Assembly: GCA_951406725.2 (NCBI GenBank)
Contig: OX597817.1
Location: 69,874,001-69,938,000 of the forward strand
DNA: 64,000 nt
Direction: 5' to 3'
Source of the DNA: Octopus vulgaris
Lineage: Eukaryota
In this document: piece by piece, positions 51,455-64,000 of the stretch
Layout of the letters: each line of letters begins with the position of its first letter
Numbering within the stretch: position 1 is the stretch's first letter
Position numbers and translations under genes: made by a program
The notes under the pieces: generated by a model
What the model was told of the DNA's origin: nothing
Seen by the model: the letters and a program-made list of their open reading frames with translations, nothing else
The model's database searches: none

Positions 51455-52868
51455 TGATGTCAGACGAAATGCTTAGCGGCATTTCTTATGGTTTTACGTT
51501 CTAAGTTCAAATGCCGCTGAGGTCGACTAAGCCATTCAGTCTTCGAAGTCGATGAAATATTTACCGATCAAGAACAGGGGTCGACCATATTAATTTACAC
51601 CTTCCCTTGAAATTGTTGGCCTTGTGCCAAAATTTGAAACCAATATTTTCTGTATAAGCGCAGTCGTGGCTGTATGGTAAGAAGCTTGCTTCCCATGCAC
51701 GTGGTTCCAAGTTCAGTCACATTGCGTGGTACACTGGGCAACAGTCTTTTACTATAGCTTCGGGCCGACCAAAGCCTTGAGTGAATTTGGTAGACAAAAA
51801 CTGAAAAGAAGCCCGTCGTATATATTTATATATATGTGTGTGTGTGTATGTGTCTCTTTGTATCTGTGTTTGTCCCCCTACCATCGCTTGACAATCGATG
51901 TTGGTGTGTTTACGTCCCCGTAACTTTGGAGTTTGGCAAAAGAGACAAAATAAATACCAGGCTTACAAAGAACAAGTCCTGGGGTCAATTTCTTCGCCTA
52001 AAATACGGTGCTCCAGCATGGCAGCAGTTACTTCAGCATTGTAGCAGTTTCCATGGCCTGACCATCATACCACCAATGATACCAGCCCAAAACATGACCC
52101 CCACCTCCCTCCTGTTGGCGTCTCAAATGACTGAACAAGTAAAAGATTAGAATAAACACACACACACATATACACACACATATACACGTGCGCTCACACA
52201 CATACACACAAATGTATTCTTTTATTCTTTTACTTGTTCTAGTTATTTGACTGCGGCCATGCTAGAGCACCGCCTTAAAGGGTTTAGTCGAGCAAATCGA
52301 CCCCAGTACTTGTTCTTTGCAAGTCTAGTACTTATTCTCTCGGTCACTTTTGCCGAACTGCTACGTTACGGAGAAGTAAACACACCAATATCAGTTTTCA
52401 AACGATGGTGGGTGGGTAACAAACATAGACACAGAGGCACTCATAAGTATATACATAAATATACACGACGAGCTTCTTTCCAGTTTCCGTCTACCAAATC
52501 CACTCACAAGGCTTTGGTGGGCCCGAGGCTATAGTAGAAGACACTTGCCCAAAGTACCACACAGTGGGAATGAACCCGGAACCATGAGGTTGAGAGGTAA
52601 GCGTCTTACCTCACAGCCACACCAAGTAGTTCGGCAAAAGAGACCAAGAGAATAAGTACCAAGCTTTAAGAAAAGTAAGTGACGGGGACGTAAACACACC
52701 AGCATCGGTTGTCAAGCAATGCTAGGGGGACAAACACAGACAAACAAACACACACACACACACACACATACATATATATATATACATATATACGACAGGC
52801 TTCTTTCAGTTTCCGTCTACCAAATCCAATCACAAGGCATTGGTCGTCCCGGGGCTATAGCAGAAGAC
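51455..52868. mobile_element. SINE cluster: family D (51455-51645 +), family A (51657-52025 +, 52220-52620 -, 52678-52868 -)
   Basis: Direct matches to the family motifs above. Confidence 0.85.
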
Positions 52869-53227
52869 ACACACACACACACACACACACATCGATTTCT
52901 TCGATTAAACACTCTTCAAGGCGGTGTTCGAGCATGGCCACAATTTACTTAAACAAGCAATCGATAAAAGATAAATAACAAATAACTGTGATTTGTTCAA
53001 CAGCTGTTGATGGGGTGAATAGGAACAGAAATATCTGGCTGTCTTACAAGAAAACTTGCAGTAAACATTTCGTATTTTATTTTTGAAGTACATTGTAAAA
53101 CCATTCTCTCCGTTTGATTTATTCGCATAAATATAAAAAGATAAGACCGACTACTTTTAAGTCTTTGTACACATTGGTGATTAAATATCATATTTTGATG
53201 ACGTGCAGTGACCTGGTTCGTTTGTGA

Positions 53228-53281
<54 letters not shown>

Positions 53282-53945
53282 GTGCGTGAATTTATACCAC
53301 AATCGGTGACTGTTAGTTTGGTTGCCTGATATTTGCATATGACATGGTGATACTTGGCTCATCAGATGGTGATTTCCAGCATGACCTGTACAGGTTTACT
53401 GTCGAGTGCTGCAAGGCAGGATTGAGAATTAGTGTTGCAAAGACTGAGAGATTTGTCTTCGCAAGAAAGTCTTCCCAGTGCACTCTGCATGCCAGTGGAA
53501 CATAAATGAGGCAAGTGAACCATATATATATATCGAAGACGATGTATGAACGTTCAGCTTTTTGCTGAACAACCTACACAAATGATTTGTTTATAGTGGT
53601 CAAATGTTCGTGCTGCACATTAGCTCACACTCTCTCCATCAAGTCGACACTGTTTGAACAGGATCACTGTGTACCACGCGTCAAGGATCACACACACACA
53701 CACATACATAGTGAGAACTTACAAAAAACAAAAGACGATGGGTGCGTAAATGACAAAAAGATGTATTAGTTTAACGCCCAGGAAGTGAAAAAGACTTTTA
53801 TGTTTCGAGCATAAGCTCTTCGACAGAAAGTAACACAGAAATGACTGAAACAAGTAAAAAGAGTAAAGAGTAAAAATCATAATTTACTGATCCTTCGGTT
53901 TTTTTTCTTTTACCCAAAGCCAGGAATTTTTCAGCACACCTACGT

Positions 53946-53976
<31 letters not shown>

Positions 53977-53981
53977 CGTGC

Positions 53982-54043
<62 letters not shown>

Positions 54044-54655
54044 GTGTGTGTATATGTGTGCGTGTATATATATATATATATGCATGTATATATGTATATA
54101 TATATATATATATACATGTATGTGTGCGTTGTGGTGGTGGTGGTGATAATATTTGTGCTCTGCTGTTTGAGTATTAATGCTCATACTAAAAATGCACGAC
54201 ATTATATTCGTTCAAAAAATTAAAGCATACCACCCAGATTTCACTGAAATCTGATACCCAATATCTTTAAAAACATAGGATAAACATATCGGATAATATT
54301 GTCTTCATTGAATAAGACGCGGTAGTCATAAATGGAACGTACATGATCAAAGGTCTCTTGAGTCAAATCCGATGTGGCTTTAAACAGTAGTAACTGAACA
54401 CCGGGATGATAAATAAAGGCAAAGTCGACGTCCGCCGGAATTGAACTCGGGACCTCAAGTGACAATTAAAATAAAGAAGGGTATTGATCGCTGCTCTATC
54501 GATTCTGCCAGTCTACATTGGAAGCAGTTATTTCTTCTACTCAGACAATGTCGATGAGATATTGGACATTATAAGGTGCAATAAATATAAAAGCGGTGAA
54601 GATTACATTGAGAATAATAGGAAATAACAAAGGAAAACAGGAGAGCAAGTACGGT

Positions 54656-54657
<2 letters not shown>

Positions 54658-54749
<92 letters not shown>

Positions 54750-54767
54750 TATATATGTATGTATGTA

Positions 54768-54818
<51 letters not shown>

Positions 54819-55033
54819 ACATGTATATGTATATATAATGATATAATGTATGTATATGCATGTAAATATGTATATATATATATGTGCATGCATATATATA
54901 TACACATACATATACATAAAATATGTGATACAATGTATATATATGTATGTATGTATACATATAAATATACACGCATATATAAATGTATATATAATGTATA
55001 CATATATATATATACATATGCATACACACACAC

Positions 55034-55064
<31 letters not shown>

Positions 55065-55121
55065 AGGAGAGAGAGAGAGAGAGAAAGAGAGAGGGATGGA
55101 GGAGGAGGAGAAAGAGATGAG

Positions 55122-55194
<73 letters not shown>

Positions 55195-55250
55195 CTAGAT
55201 ATTGATAGCCATAAATGTACACATACATACATATATACATACATACATAC
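54658..55250. repeat. Long compound (TA)n/(TG)/(GA)n/(GATA)n microsatellite
   Basis: Directly visible; source of the long YI-rich ORFs. Confidence 0.97.
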
Positions 55251-55453
55251 GTGTTTGTTATTTTTGTTCTGCCACGTTCACCTAAATTTGACCTGGATTC
55301 TTTGTGTGGAACTGATGATGCAGAGGTTTAGGGTGGAGAGGGACTCATTCTCTACGTTAAACAATCAAATACGAACACTTCTTCTGACCAAATTGCTTTT
55401 CTGTGTCATCAGATAATGATGTTATTAACTCCAGCTGTTCAATGGCATAGTAA

Positions 55454-55506
<53 letters not shown>

Positions 55507-55529
55507 CATACGTACATATGCATATATAT

Positions 55530-55737
55530 ATATACTCTTTTACTTGTTTCAGTCATTTGACTGCGGCCATGCTGGAGCACCGCCTTTAGTCGAGCAAATC
55601 GACCCCGAGACTTATTCTTTGTAAGCCCAGTACTTATTTTATCAGTCTCTTTTGCCGAATTGCTAAGTGACGGGGACGTAAACACACCAGCATCGGTTGT
55701 CAAGCAATGCTAGGGGGACAAACACAGACACACAAAC

Positions 55738-55768
<31 letters not shown>

Positions 55769-55941
55769 CACATATATACGACGGGCTTCTTTCAGTTTCC
55801 GTCTACCAAATCCACTCACAAGGCATTGGTCGGCCCGGGGCTATAGCAGAAGACACTTGCCCAAGATGCCACGCAGTGGAACTGAACCCGGAACCATGTG
55901 GTTGGTTAGCAAGCTACTTACCACACAGCCACTCCTGCGCC
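55530..55941 (-). mobile_element. SINE family A, full length
   Basis: Very similar to 62190-62603. Confidence 0.92.
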
Positions 55942-56229
55942 TATGTATGTATATATAAAACAATTAAAATAAATATGTAGAATTATAAATCTACAAAGCT
56001 TTTATTATCAGTCATTTATGCAGTATATTCTCTTTAAGCCTCTAACTGATATATATTTCGGCTGTATAATAGATATCTTTCTATATGGTATTTATTTGCA
56101 TCCTCTTGGTTTATCTGCATCCAGATTTCATTTTTGGTTAAAACATATCCTTGCAGCTTTATTCATGGTGTTGCCACTATTAAAGTTTGAAGCGAACTGG
56201 AGTATAATGGTTTTGGCAGTTTTATAATT

Positions 56230-57230
56230 TTGGTAGAGAACAATTAGTGTTGAATGAAAAGAGTATGAGAGGTAGTGGGGAGAACTCTGATATTGCTATA
56301 TAATATGTTATAGATCGACACAAGGATGACCTTAAGTTTTAGATGTAGAGTCACGAATGCCAGGTTAAACTATGTCAGAATATATTTTAACCACTAGCCT
56401 TAAGCGAAACAGGAATAATTTCTGCGAGAGATATATAAATTAAGGGTCGCTAATTCATGTAGAATTTTAAAATATATCAGTTTCCTTGTTATTGCGGGGG
56501 CTCTTGTTCATGATATGGTAGATTACTTCCATCTAAAGTGAAATCTGAATTTTTAACTATGTAAATCAATCTTAGATATATATGTAGGTAACATCTTCCT
56601 AGATATATAATAGAGTGTTTAACGAAGGATAATAATTGGTTGGAGAAGTCCAGAGTGAGTGGATATGTGAATCGCTTAGGGGGAATGTTAAAAAATGGTA
56701 GAAAAAAAGAAGAATAGGACTGAAAGTACAGAAACAATGAAAGACAAATGGAGTGGAAGTATAAGAATACAAGGCAAACTATTTAATACTCTAGTATAGT
56801 CCATGTAAACTCTTAGTATCGCCAACATAAGTGACAATTAAGAAACTTTTCTAGTGAAATTTTTTTTGTGGCGGTGTGTGCATTTCAAGGCTAATTCTTG
56901 TTTATTATCTAATAATAAGTATGTAGACGTGAAAATATAGAATGTTTCTTCCAGGTATGAATTATATTTATTATTTCCAGTTTTGTAAGCTTCTGCCCTA
57001 CTAACTATTTCCTATTTTATATCTAATTTAGTGTTTTTATTCTTTAGTGACCAAATAAACCAACTTAAGCGTGTATTATGCATTTCGCTTCAATCCTCGA
57101 AGGGTGTTATTATTCAGTTATTTTAGTTTATTATGATATGTGGTTTGCGCCTGAAGAATATATTTGAGTATTTCTCAACATATGAAACTATTAGTAGCGC
57201 TTAAATACAAGTAATGTACCCTTTAAACAA
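56230..57230 (+). mobile_element. Decayed Penelope-like (Neptune-type) 3' end: GIY-YIG remnant plus pLTR with hammerhead
   Basis: Fragments VSGYVNRL, MEWK, PCKL and SEIF..RCVHF resemble the LSxYxWxL..W.I..CxLC..SE...CRH endonuclease end; followed by a hammerhead. Confidence 0.55.
57147..57200 (+). ncRNA. Minimal type I hammerhead ribozyme, canonical core
   Basis: GCGC-CUGAAGA-AUAUAUUUGAG(UAUUU)CUCAACAUAU-GAAACUA-U-UAGU-A-GCGC; GUA cleavage after 57196; near-palindromic stem III. Confidence 0.75.
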
Positions 57231-57496
57231 ATAATATATATGTATATATATATATATATTGATATATACCTCAAATATAGGATAAAATTTTTCGAAAACA
57301 ATTTTATCAATGGCCAGCATATTAAAAAATACCATTAAAGGTTAAATTTATAAACAACTTATAAACAAGGGCAAAAGAAAAAAATTTCTAAAGCCAAATA
57401 TGCCGAAACTAAACACATCCTTCATAATCATACAATTCATCACTATAAGCTCGCGTCTCGAAGAAAGCCGACAAAAATTTCTAAAAAATTCCGTTA

Positions 57497-57556
57497 TTAT
57501 CATATCGATCCTGATTTCAGAGTTAATAATAAGAACTTTCTCTTCGTCAGTGATAA
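57497..57556 (-). ncRNA. Type I hammerhead ribozyme, canonical core
   Basis: Minus strand UUAUCA-CUGACGA-AGAG..CUCU-GAAAUC(AGGAUC)GAU-A-UGAUAA; 6-bp stem I, AUA triplet. Confidence 0.75.
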
Positions 57557-57700
57557 ATGCGACAAAGAAATAAATGAAATACTTACTTATACCCGTGGAA
57601 GAAGCAAACACTAAGTCATGAGCACAATTAAGTACCCCAAATATATCCAAAAAAGAAATTCTCCAGCCCATTCGAGTCACGTGCGATTTCTTTGCCGCAT

Positions 57701-57761
57701 TTATCACTGACAAAGAGAAGGTTCTTATGAATTAACTCTGAAATCGGGACCGATATGATAA
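57701..57761 (+). ncRNA. Hammerhead paralogue with G8A core change (CUGACAA), predicted impaired
   Basis: UUAUCA-CUGACAA-AGAG..CUCU-GAAAUCGG(GA)CCGAU-A-UGAUAA. Confidence 0.6.
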
Positions 57762-57916
57762 CAACGAAATTTTTTAGAAATTTCTGTCGGCTTTCTTCGA
57801 GACGCGTGCTTATAGTGATGAATTATATGGTTATGGACAATGTGTCTAGTTTCGGCATATTTGGCTTTAGAAATTCTTTTTCTGTTGCCCTTGTTTATAA
57901 GTTGTTTATATATTAT

Positions 57917-58464
57917 ATATTATTATTATAATCTTTTCTGAATCATTTTCACTCGCACTAGACTTGCGCACACCATCACTTGTAGACTCGATCACCGATT
58001 CACAAGCACTCATAGACAGACTTATATTTATGAGCATGTATCTGTATATGAATCTATGCATGCATTACCATAGCATAGGCTTAGGTGTACGTCTCAAACT
58101 ATACTCACATACACATATAGAGTACATACGTAGCGTATGTCCTTGATTTCCAATGGACATAATGTGTAGCAGCTTGTATTTAATTTTTATGATTTTTATT
58201 TGATTTCGTGGAAGAACTTTAACGACAGTTATTAAACAAAACCTAGATTAACGGTATTAGCAATCGATTACAAACCTAACCAAAAGCTAGTTGTGAGTCA
58301 TAGCTGTGGATGGGTGTGGTGGACATAACGCGCAGTTTATTGAAGTACATTTACTTACACAAACACTCGTACACAAACCATATACACTCTCATACACAAG
58401 TACCTACACACACACGCGCGCACAGACGTGTGCACGTCTGTTTGTGCATATGTGTGTGTATGTG

Positions 58465-58499
<35 letters not shown>

Positions 58500-58866
58500 A
58501 AGAAAAAGCGACAGAGATGTAGATACATACCTAAATGGAAACATAGAGATGGATTGATGGATGGAAGGGTGAATGAACAGACTGACGGACAGACAAACTG
58601 ATAGACAGTAAAACAGTAAAAGCAGACAGACAGATATTAGTATATACATTCAGACATATATACATGCATACATATATGCCTACATCCATCTATACATAGA
58701 TAGACGCACATACAGATATGCATGCATAGATTCATATACAGATACATGCTCATAAATATAAGTCTGTCTATGAGTGCTTGTGAATCGGTGATCGAGTCTA
58801 CAAGTGATGGTGTGCGCAAGTCTAGTGCGAGTGAAAAGGATTCAGAAAAGATTATAATAATAATAT
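57917..58866. repeat. 149-bp near-perfect inverted duplication (57917-58065 / 58718-58866)
   Basis: One mismatch seen by eye; explains duplicated peptides in ORFs 57964+ and 58637-. Confidence 0.92.
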
Positions 58867-59149
58867 TTTTTATCATAAATGATCTTGACATTCTTTTTAC
58901 TTTGCATAAACTATTCTTTACAATCTACTGTTATTTTATTGCCATTTATTTACGAGTATTATAAATTTTATAGCTAAAATAATTTTCTGAAAACGTACTA
59001 CGATTTATAACAATGCTAGTATGGGAAATTATTTCTCTGCTTTACGAGCAATTTCTGGGAGAAAATTAACTCGTATATCGAGGCGTTACTGTACATATAT
59101 TTTGGCAAATTAACACCTGTTTATAAGTTTTCTCAACACCTCCAAAGAA

Positions 59150-60690
59150 CAATGTAGAGATACTGAAGAAGTAATGAAACGAAATCAGTTATACAAACTG
59201 CACTCATCGATTTGAAAACTGGGTAGAAATTTGTACGGAAAGCTATCAGTTATGTGGCGTTGCTTATCACATACAAAGCTCTCTCCTCCAACAAAATATC
59301 GAAAAATAGAGAGAAACGATCGTTGGTTTTAGCAACACTTGCGGACAAACTAATCACTCTTCAACAAGTGTGAAAAATCTGTCGATAAAAATGTTGGTAT
59401 CTGAAGAGGATGGTGGAAAGCAAATAATTGACAAGAAATTTAATCGAAATCAATCAACAGTTTATATAAATATAAACTGAAAACCAATAAATGTCACCGA
59501 GGCTCCTTTTCAGATAGGTTCGGATAAATTCTTAAGAAAACTCACGAGTGAGGGAAAGGAATTTAATCAGGATAGAGAGAGGCTGTAGGAAACCTAAGTA
59601 TTTCCTCTGCATACAGAATGAATGGTTATACCCCTGAGACCATGACCCAACATTTTCAAGAAAGGAAAGTACCAAGAAGACCCTTGCTTGTCGGACATTG
59701 CTAAATTTATAATGATCTTTTATTGACATTTTCTGCAAGCTCTCTAAGGCAGTGGCCAACAAAAACTAAACTGATGCAAAAATAAAAAAAAGCAAAACAA
59801 TTTCACTCATATGGTGAAAAGTCACAGGTCATTTGCATACTGGAATCTGACGTTTCTGAACCTGTTTCTCCAGGATCATTTAGTAAGTAGTATAATCACA
59901 GCTGGAAAGCGGTAGTAAAAAAGGGTGTTTAAGAATGTACTGAACAACTTTTAAGTAACAAAACTGTAATATCTGAGATGTGGTGGCACAAGAAAAACTT
60001 GGTATCACATTGGTTGAATTTCAAAAAAGTTTGATCCTGTCTCTATTTGTAGGTTCATTTGAAAGTTCAGGATATTATAACGAATGTTATAGATAAATCG
60101 ACTTTGTTCTTGGCCACCATCCAGACGTTAAATGCAGCAAATAATTTTGCAGTCATTGATAGGATACTTAAGTAAGGGCGACAGGTTCGCTCTATGATGT
60201 TGTTTATAATTTTAATAATCTCCTAACTGATTCCTGGGGAAATTTGATTGGCTTACGGAAGACACAAACACGATCTGAATGTATACGTCAAGAACACGAA
60301 TCCTATCAAGAAAGCACTCACCGTGGTTAAGGCATTCTCAAAGGGTACAGAGAATACATTTACTGAATGTCGTAACAACGCTGAAGCGCTTGAGAAAATC
60401 TTTGGCGAAGATAAGAGTTATTACATAATTGTAAAACGGAGACGGGGGAACTACAAGACTGCCTCTCAACAGTTCTATTAGTAGCCTGGAATTTTTCCCG
60501 ATATCTGATGAGGAATGCTGCAGGTACTTCAGGATATAGAAAATATATCCTTTGACGAAACATATAATATGGCCACATTATCAAAGAATATAACACCAGG
60601 ATAAAACACGATTTTCAGAACTTCTCACATTACGATAAAAATTACGATGAAAACAGAAAAGAATCTACATATATGTTTCTGTCGGACGAT
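59150..60690 (+). mobile_element. Very decayed R4/Dong-type RT remnant
   Basis: Fragments resembling CTEQLL.NKTV (59935), WLNF.KFD (60011), a QGD-like ggcgac (60177) and a GGRGL-like segment (60440). Confidence 0.55.
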
Positions 60691-61907
60691 CTAGATCAGA
60701 GGCGTGGAAACGTTTTAGTGCGGCGGGCAAAAATTTCCAAAGAAAAACGTCCGTGGGCGGATCACAAGTCCTGTGTAAATCTTGTATATATCATGTTTAA
60801 TTCGATATACATTAATAAAAGTAAGTTTAACACATTAACTTAACGGGTTACATCATTAACGCCACCACTGAATTTAGGGCGTTTATATTATTTATGATTG
60901 ATTCTATATTTTTCAGCTAGAGTGTAGTTGGGTCTCAAGGGGGTGGTACAAACGTAGCAATATGTATTTTATAGTGATAATAAAATTTCCAGTCAAATGG
61001 CAATTGCCGGACAGTTTCTTTTCGAGTCTAACCGTTAAGTCGTAGTGGAAATGCCACCTATGTCGCAAATAGGCATGCGAGCATCTTATAAATTTTATAA
61101 TTGAAAAATTAAATATATTTGTGACTTTATAATCTTCCAATTTAGGCCACTTACCCTAGTTATTACCTCCCCTTAACCATAAATATTTTCCTTAATTTTC
61201 CTACAGAATAGATTCTTTTCATAGGTTTTGCTAATTTCACATTCCTATTTAAAAAGCTTTTGGACCAATCCCTACCCCACGCCCAACGTCTTAATTCCCA
61301 AATTTCCAAATAGGTATCTCTCTTAATCTTAATGATATAATTAGCCTTATTTATTCCATAATATTTATTTTTTAATCAAGTATATTCTGACCTAAGCGTT
61401 TTCGGGTCCCTTACAACATATACCATTTTCCCATTCATTTATTTATTTATCTTACCCCATATAACGGTTTCAATAGGTGGTCATTTGTTTTTAAGTTTTA
61501 ACTGACCAAATTATATCGAACGCTGGACCTTGGCCTATCTCACTTCAGACAACAGGTGGATGGGCTCAATCACCTACTAGTAAGTAAAAAATTACATTTA
61601 ATCGATTAGCACTTTACTATGATAAATACTACTAATTAGTACTATAAGCATGATTATTAAAAAATAATTACGATAATTTAAAACATTGTATCCTCACCTC
61701 TTCTTCGACTAAAACCTATTGGCGTATACCGCTATTATTATTTTTATTTATTTATTTATTTAGCCATCCTATACCCCCCATACAAAGGATTAACCCACCA
61801 AATACTCTTTTAAGTTTAGTCATTTGCTTATCGTCCTAAAGAGATACGCAAGCAAAATGGTATGATTACAACCATATTCTTCTCTATGCGCTTCTTTTTT
61901 TATTTTT

Positions 61908-62021
61908 CACTCTGATGAAGCTCCATGTTTCAGATCGGTTTTATTACCAAATATGATAAATATTTTTAGCATATCAATGGCAATACCATACTATATTGGA
62001 AGCAGAAACAGCTGTTAGATG
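61908..62021 (+). ncRNA. Type I hammerhead motif with long stem II insertion (PLE pLTR type)
   Basis: CACU-CUGAUGA-A-GCUCCA...UGGAAGC-A-GAAAC-AGCU-GUU-AGAUG; palindromic stem III; weak stem I. Confidence 0.55.
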
Positions 62022-62143
62022 GGATGCAGTCTATTTGTATTGAATTAATAAATAATAATAGATGTAAGTCAATTGTTGTTCATCAATATTTCTCCATTTT
62101 CTGTTTTCTTTATATATGTATGTATGTATTATGTATGTATATA

Positions 62144-62189
<46 letters not shown>

Positions 62190-62194
<5 letters not shown>

Positions 62195-62603
62195 TCTTTT
62201 ACTCTTTTACTTGTTTCAGTCATTTGACTGCGGCCATGCTGGAGCACCGCCTTTAGTCGAGCAAATCGACCCCGGGACTCATTCTTTGCAATCCCAGTAC
62301 TTATTCTATCGGTCTCCTTTGCCGAACCGCTAAGTTACGGGGACGTAAACACACCAGCATCGGCTGTCAAGTAATGCTAGGGGGGACAAACACAGACACA
62401 CAAGCACACACACACACATACATATATATATACATATACACGACAGGCTTCTTTCAGTTTCCGTCTACCAAATCCACTCACAAGGCATTGGTCGGCCCGG
62501 GGCCATAGCAGAAGACACTTGCCCAAGATGCCAGGCAGTGGGACTGAACCCGGAACCATGTGGTTGGTTAGCAAGCTACTTACCACACAGCCACTCCTGC
62601 GCC
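62190..62603 (-). mobile_element. SINE family A, full length
   Basis: Complete reverse match. Confidence 0.92.
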
Positions 62604-62610
62604 TATATAT

Positions 62611-62728
<118 letters not shown>

Positions 62729-62733
62729 ATTAA

Positions 62734-62881
62734 GGGCATCGGCATCTAACAGATACTATCATGCTAGATATAGCAGTCAAAAATTGACTCTAAGACCACA
62801 TAAAATATTTGAATATTTGATGTGGTCTTAGAGTTAAGTTTTGACTACTATATCTATCATGATGGTATCATTTAGATACCC
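62734..62881. mobile_element. Palindromic MITE flanked by TTAA, GGG...CCC termini (Kolobok-like)
   Basis: TTAA|GGGCATC..ctctaagaccacat / atgtggtcttagag..GATACCC|TTAA. Confidence 0.8.
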
Positions 62882-63042
62882 TTAATTCTAATTCTAATAA
62901 TAATTATTACCTATGAGTTTTTTATTCCCATGCTAGCCACTTGATATGATCAGTATTTTAAATAACGATCTTATCCTTATTTATATAAATTTATATTTAT
63001 GCATATATACTTTATTTAAAAGCAGCAGAAATATAACAAAAG

Positions 63043-63080
63043 CTGTTACTCAGAGTTTCACGTTCCCGTTCGTCGGACAG
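63043..63080 (-). ncRNA. 38-nt minimal hammerhead-like motif, variant core CCGACGA
   Basis: Minus strand CUGU-CCGACGA-ACG(GGAA)CGU-GAAACUC-U-GAGU-A-ACAG; all stems pair, GNRA loop II. Confidence 0.6.
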
Positions 63081-63647
63081 TCCGTGGAATATAAAAAGAA
63101 CATTTTTCTGCTCCTCGTTCTTCCATAAAGAAAAATAATCCGCAACATTCCGTATCAATAAACCACCTTTGTTCCTGAAAGTTGTTTCTTATATTTACTA
63201 CGGATTGCACGAAGCTAACTTTCTTCCTACACCTCGACCTCTGGATCTTACATTTGTGTGTGTGTGTGTGTGTGCGCGCGCGCGTACATATTCACACACA
63301 CACGTATACAAATCAAACAGCTTCAAAAGCTGACATCTTTTGTTGTTCGAAAATGATACAAATGGCAACTAAATTTAAATTTCTTGTAAAATTAGCCGAG
63401 TTTTTGAAGGCACAGAAGAGAATGACAAGAAATGAGCATATATAATGGACTCAGCACTATCTTCTTCACCATCCAACTTTCATATACCTATGGGATTTAG
63501 TCTCCCTCATTCGCAAAATGATCCTCACTTAATTTTGCTCAGATTGTTTTCAATTTTGGTGTATCGATGCAACTCTGAATTTTGACTACGATCAACCACC
63601 TACTCTATCTCGTAAATTAAAGAATCTGATGTTATTTAGAATTAAAG

Positions 63648-63826
63648 TTGAGAAATTTCGGTAATTTTAGCCAATCAACAGACAGCGTGGCATTAGCAGC
63701 TTCTTACCATGACAACCATACGCTGTGTTGTGGGTCACTGTTGTCTGTGCCGCTGTTGTCTGTGTTGATTTTTCACACTTGATTCTTCACACCACGAGAT
63801 TGGCTAAAATTACCCAAATTTCTCTA
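63648..63826. repeat. ~30-bp inverted repeat inside a probable DNA-transposon derivative
   Basis: gagaaatttcggtaattttagccaatc versus gattggctaaaattacccaaatttctc. Confidence 0.7.
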
Positions 63827-64000
63827 TTTTTCACACGCGTGTTTTGTTTTATTTTTTCTCTGTGTTAGTATATTACATATTTTTCTGTGCTTCTGGGTGA
63901 AAGCATTTTTACATATTTTTCATTTCATATATTTTGGGGTCTCATTGACTCAGATAGCTGGATTTATGATTTAACAATGTTAACTCTGTTCATAAAAATT

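Larger units (their letters stand above)
57349..57910. repeat. ~220-bp inverted repeat (57349-57571 / 57686-57910), PLE pLTR-like
   Basis: Arms are reverse complements with scattered substitutions; each holds a hammerhead motif. Confidence 0.9.

Noticed and set aside
53795-53830. Minus-strand GUCGAA-GAGC(UUAU)GCUC-GAAAC motif
   Set aside because: Core is too altered and there is no stem III or NUH site.
60505-60572. CUGAUGA..CGAAAC on the plus strand
   Set aside because: No stem II or stem I pairing; lies within a LINE remnant.

Overview
This is eukaryotic, AT-rich, repeat-saturated non-coding DNA (intergenic or deep intron). The SINE families, microsatellite load and LINE mix resemble a coleoid cephalopod (Octopus-like) genome; that assignment is an inference. 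I can support no intact host gene, and nearly all ORFs in the track are translated microsatellites, SINEs or decayed transposon frames. 1-10.9 kb is a minus-strand stack of decayed R4/Dong-type REL LINEs associated with (TAA)n tracts, plus a 5'-truncated RTE with target-site duplication. 11.5-15 kb is a decayed L1/Tx1-like ORF1+APE followed by a Penelope-like RT/GIY-YIG remnant. The rest is a mosaic of tRNA-derived SINEs, Helitrons, and mariner, hAT, Chapaev-like and Helentron-like fragments, with foldback MITEs. Three things stand out. (1) Nine type I hammerhead ribozyme motifs were folded by eye: five have a canonical CUGANGA/GAAA core and four have variant cores, including a sense/antisense pair in a ~220-bp inverted repeat and one inside a ~300-bp retrozyme-like insert. 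(2) A 1.9-kb Helitron-bounded composite splits a SINE at A|T and carries a mariner fragment. (3) Two near-perfect local duplications both break at the same 11-mer TGCATTACCAT, which is either a mechanistic signature or an assembly artefact. Coordinates of decayed elements are approximate.
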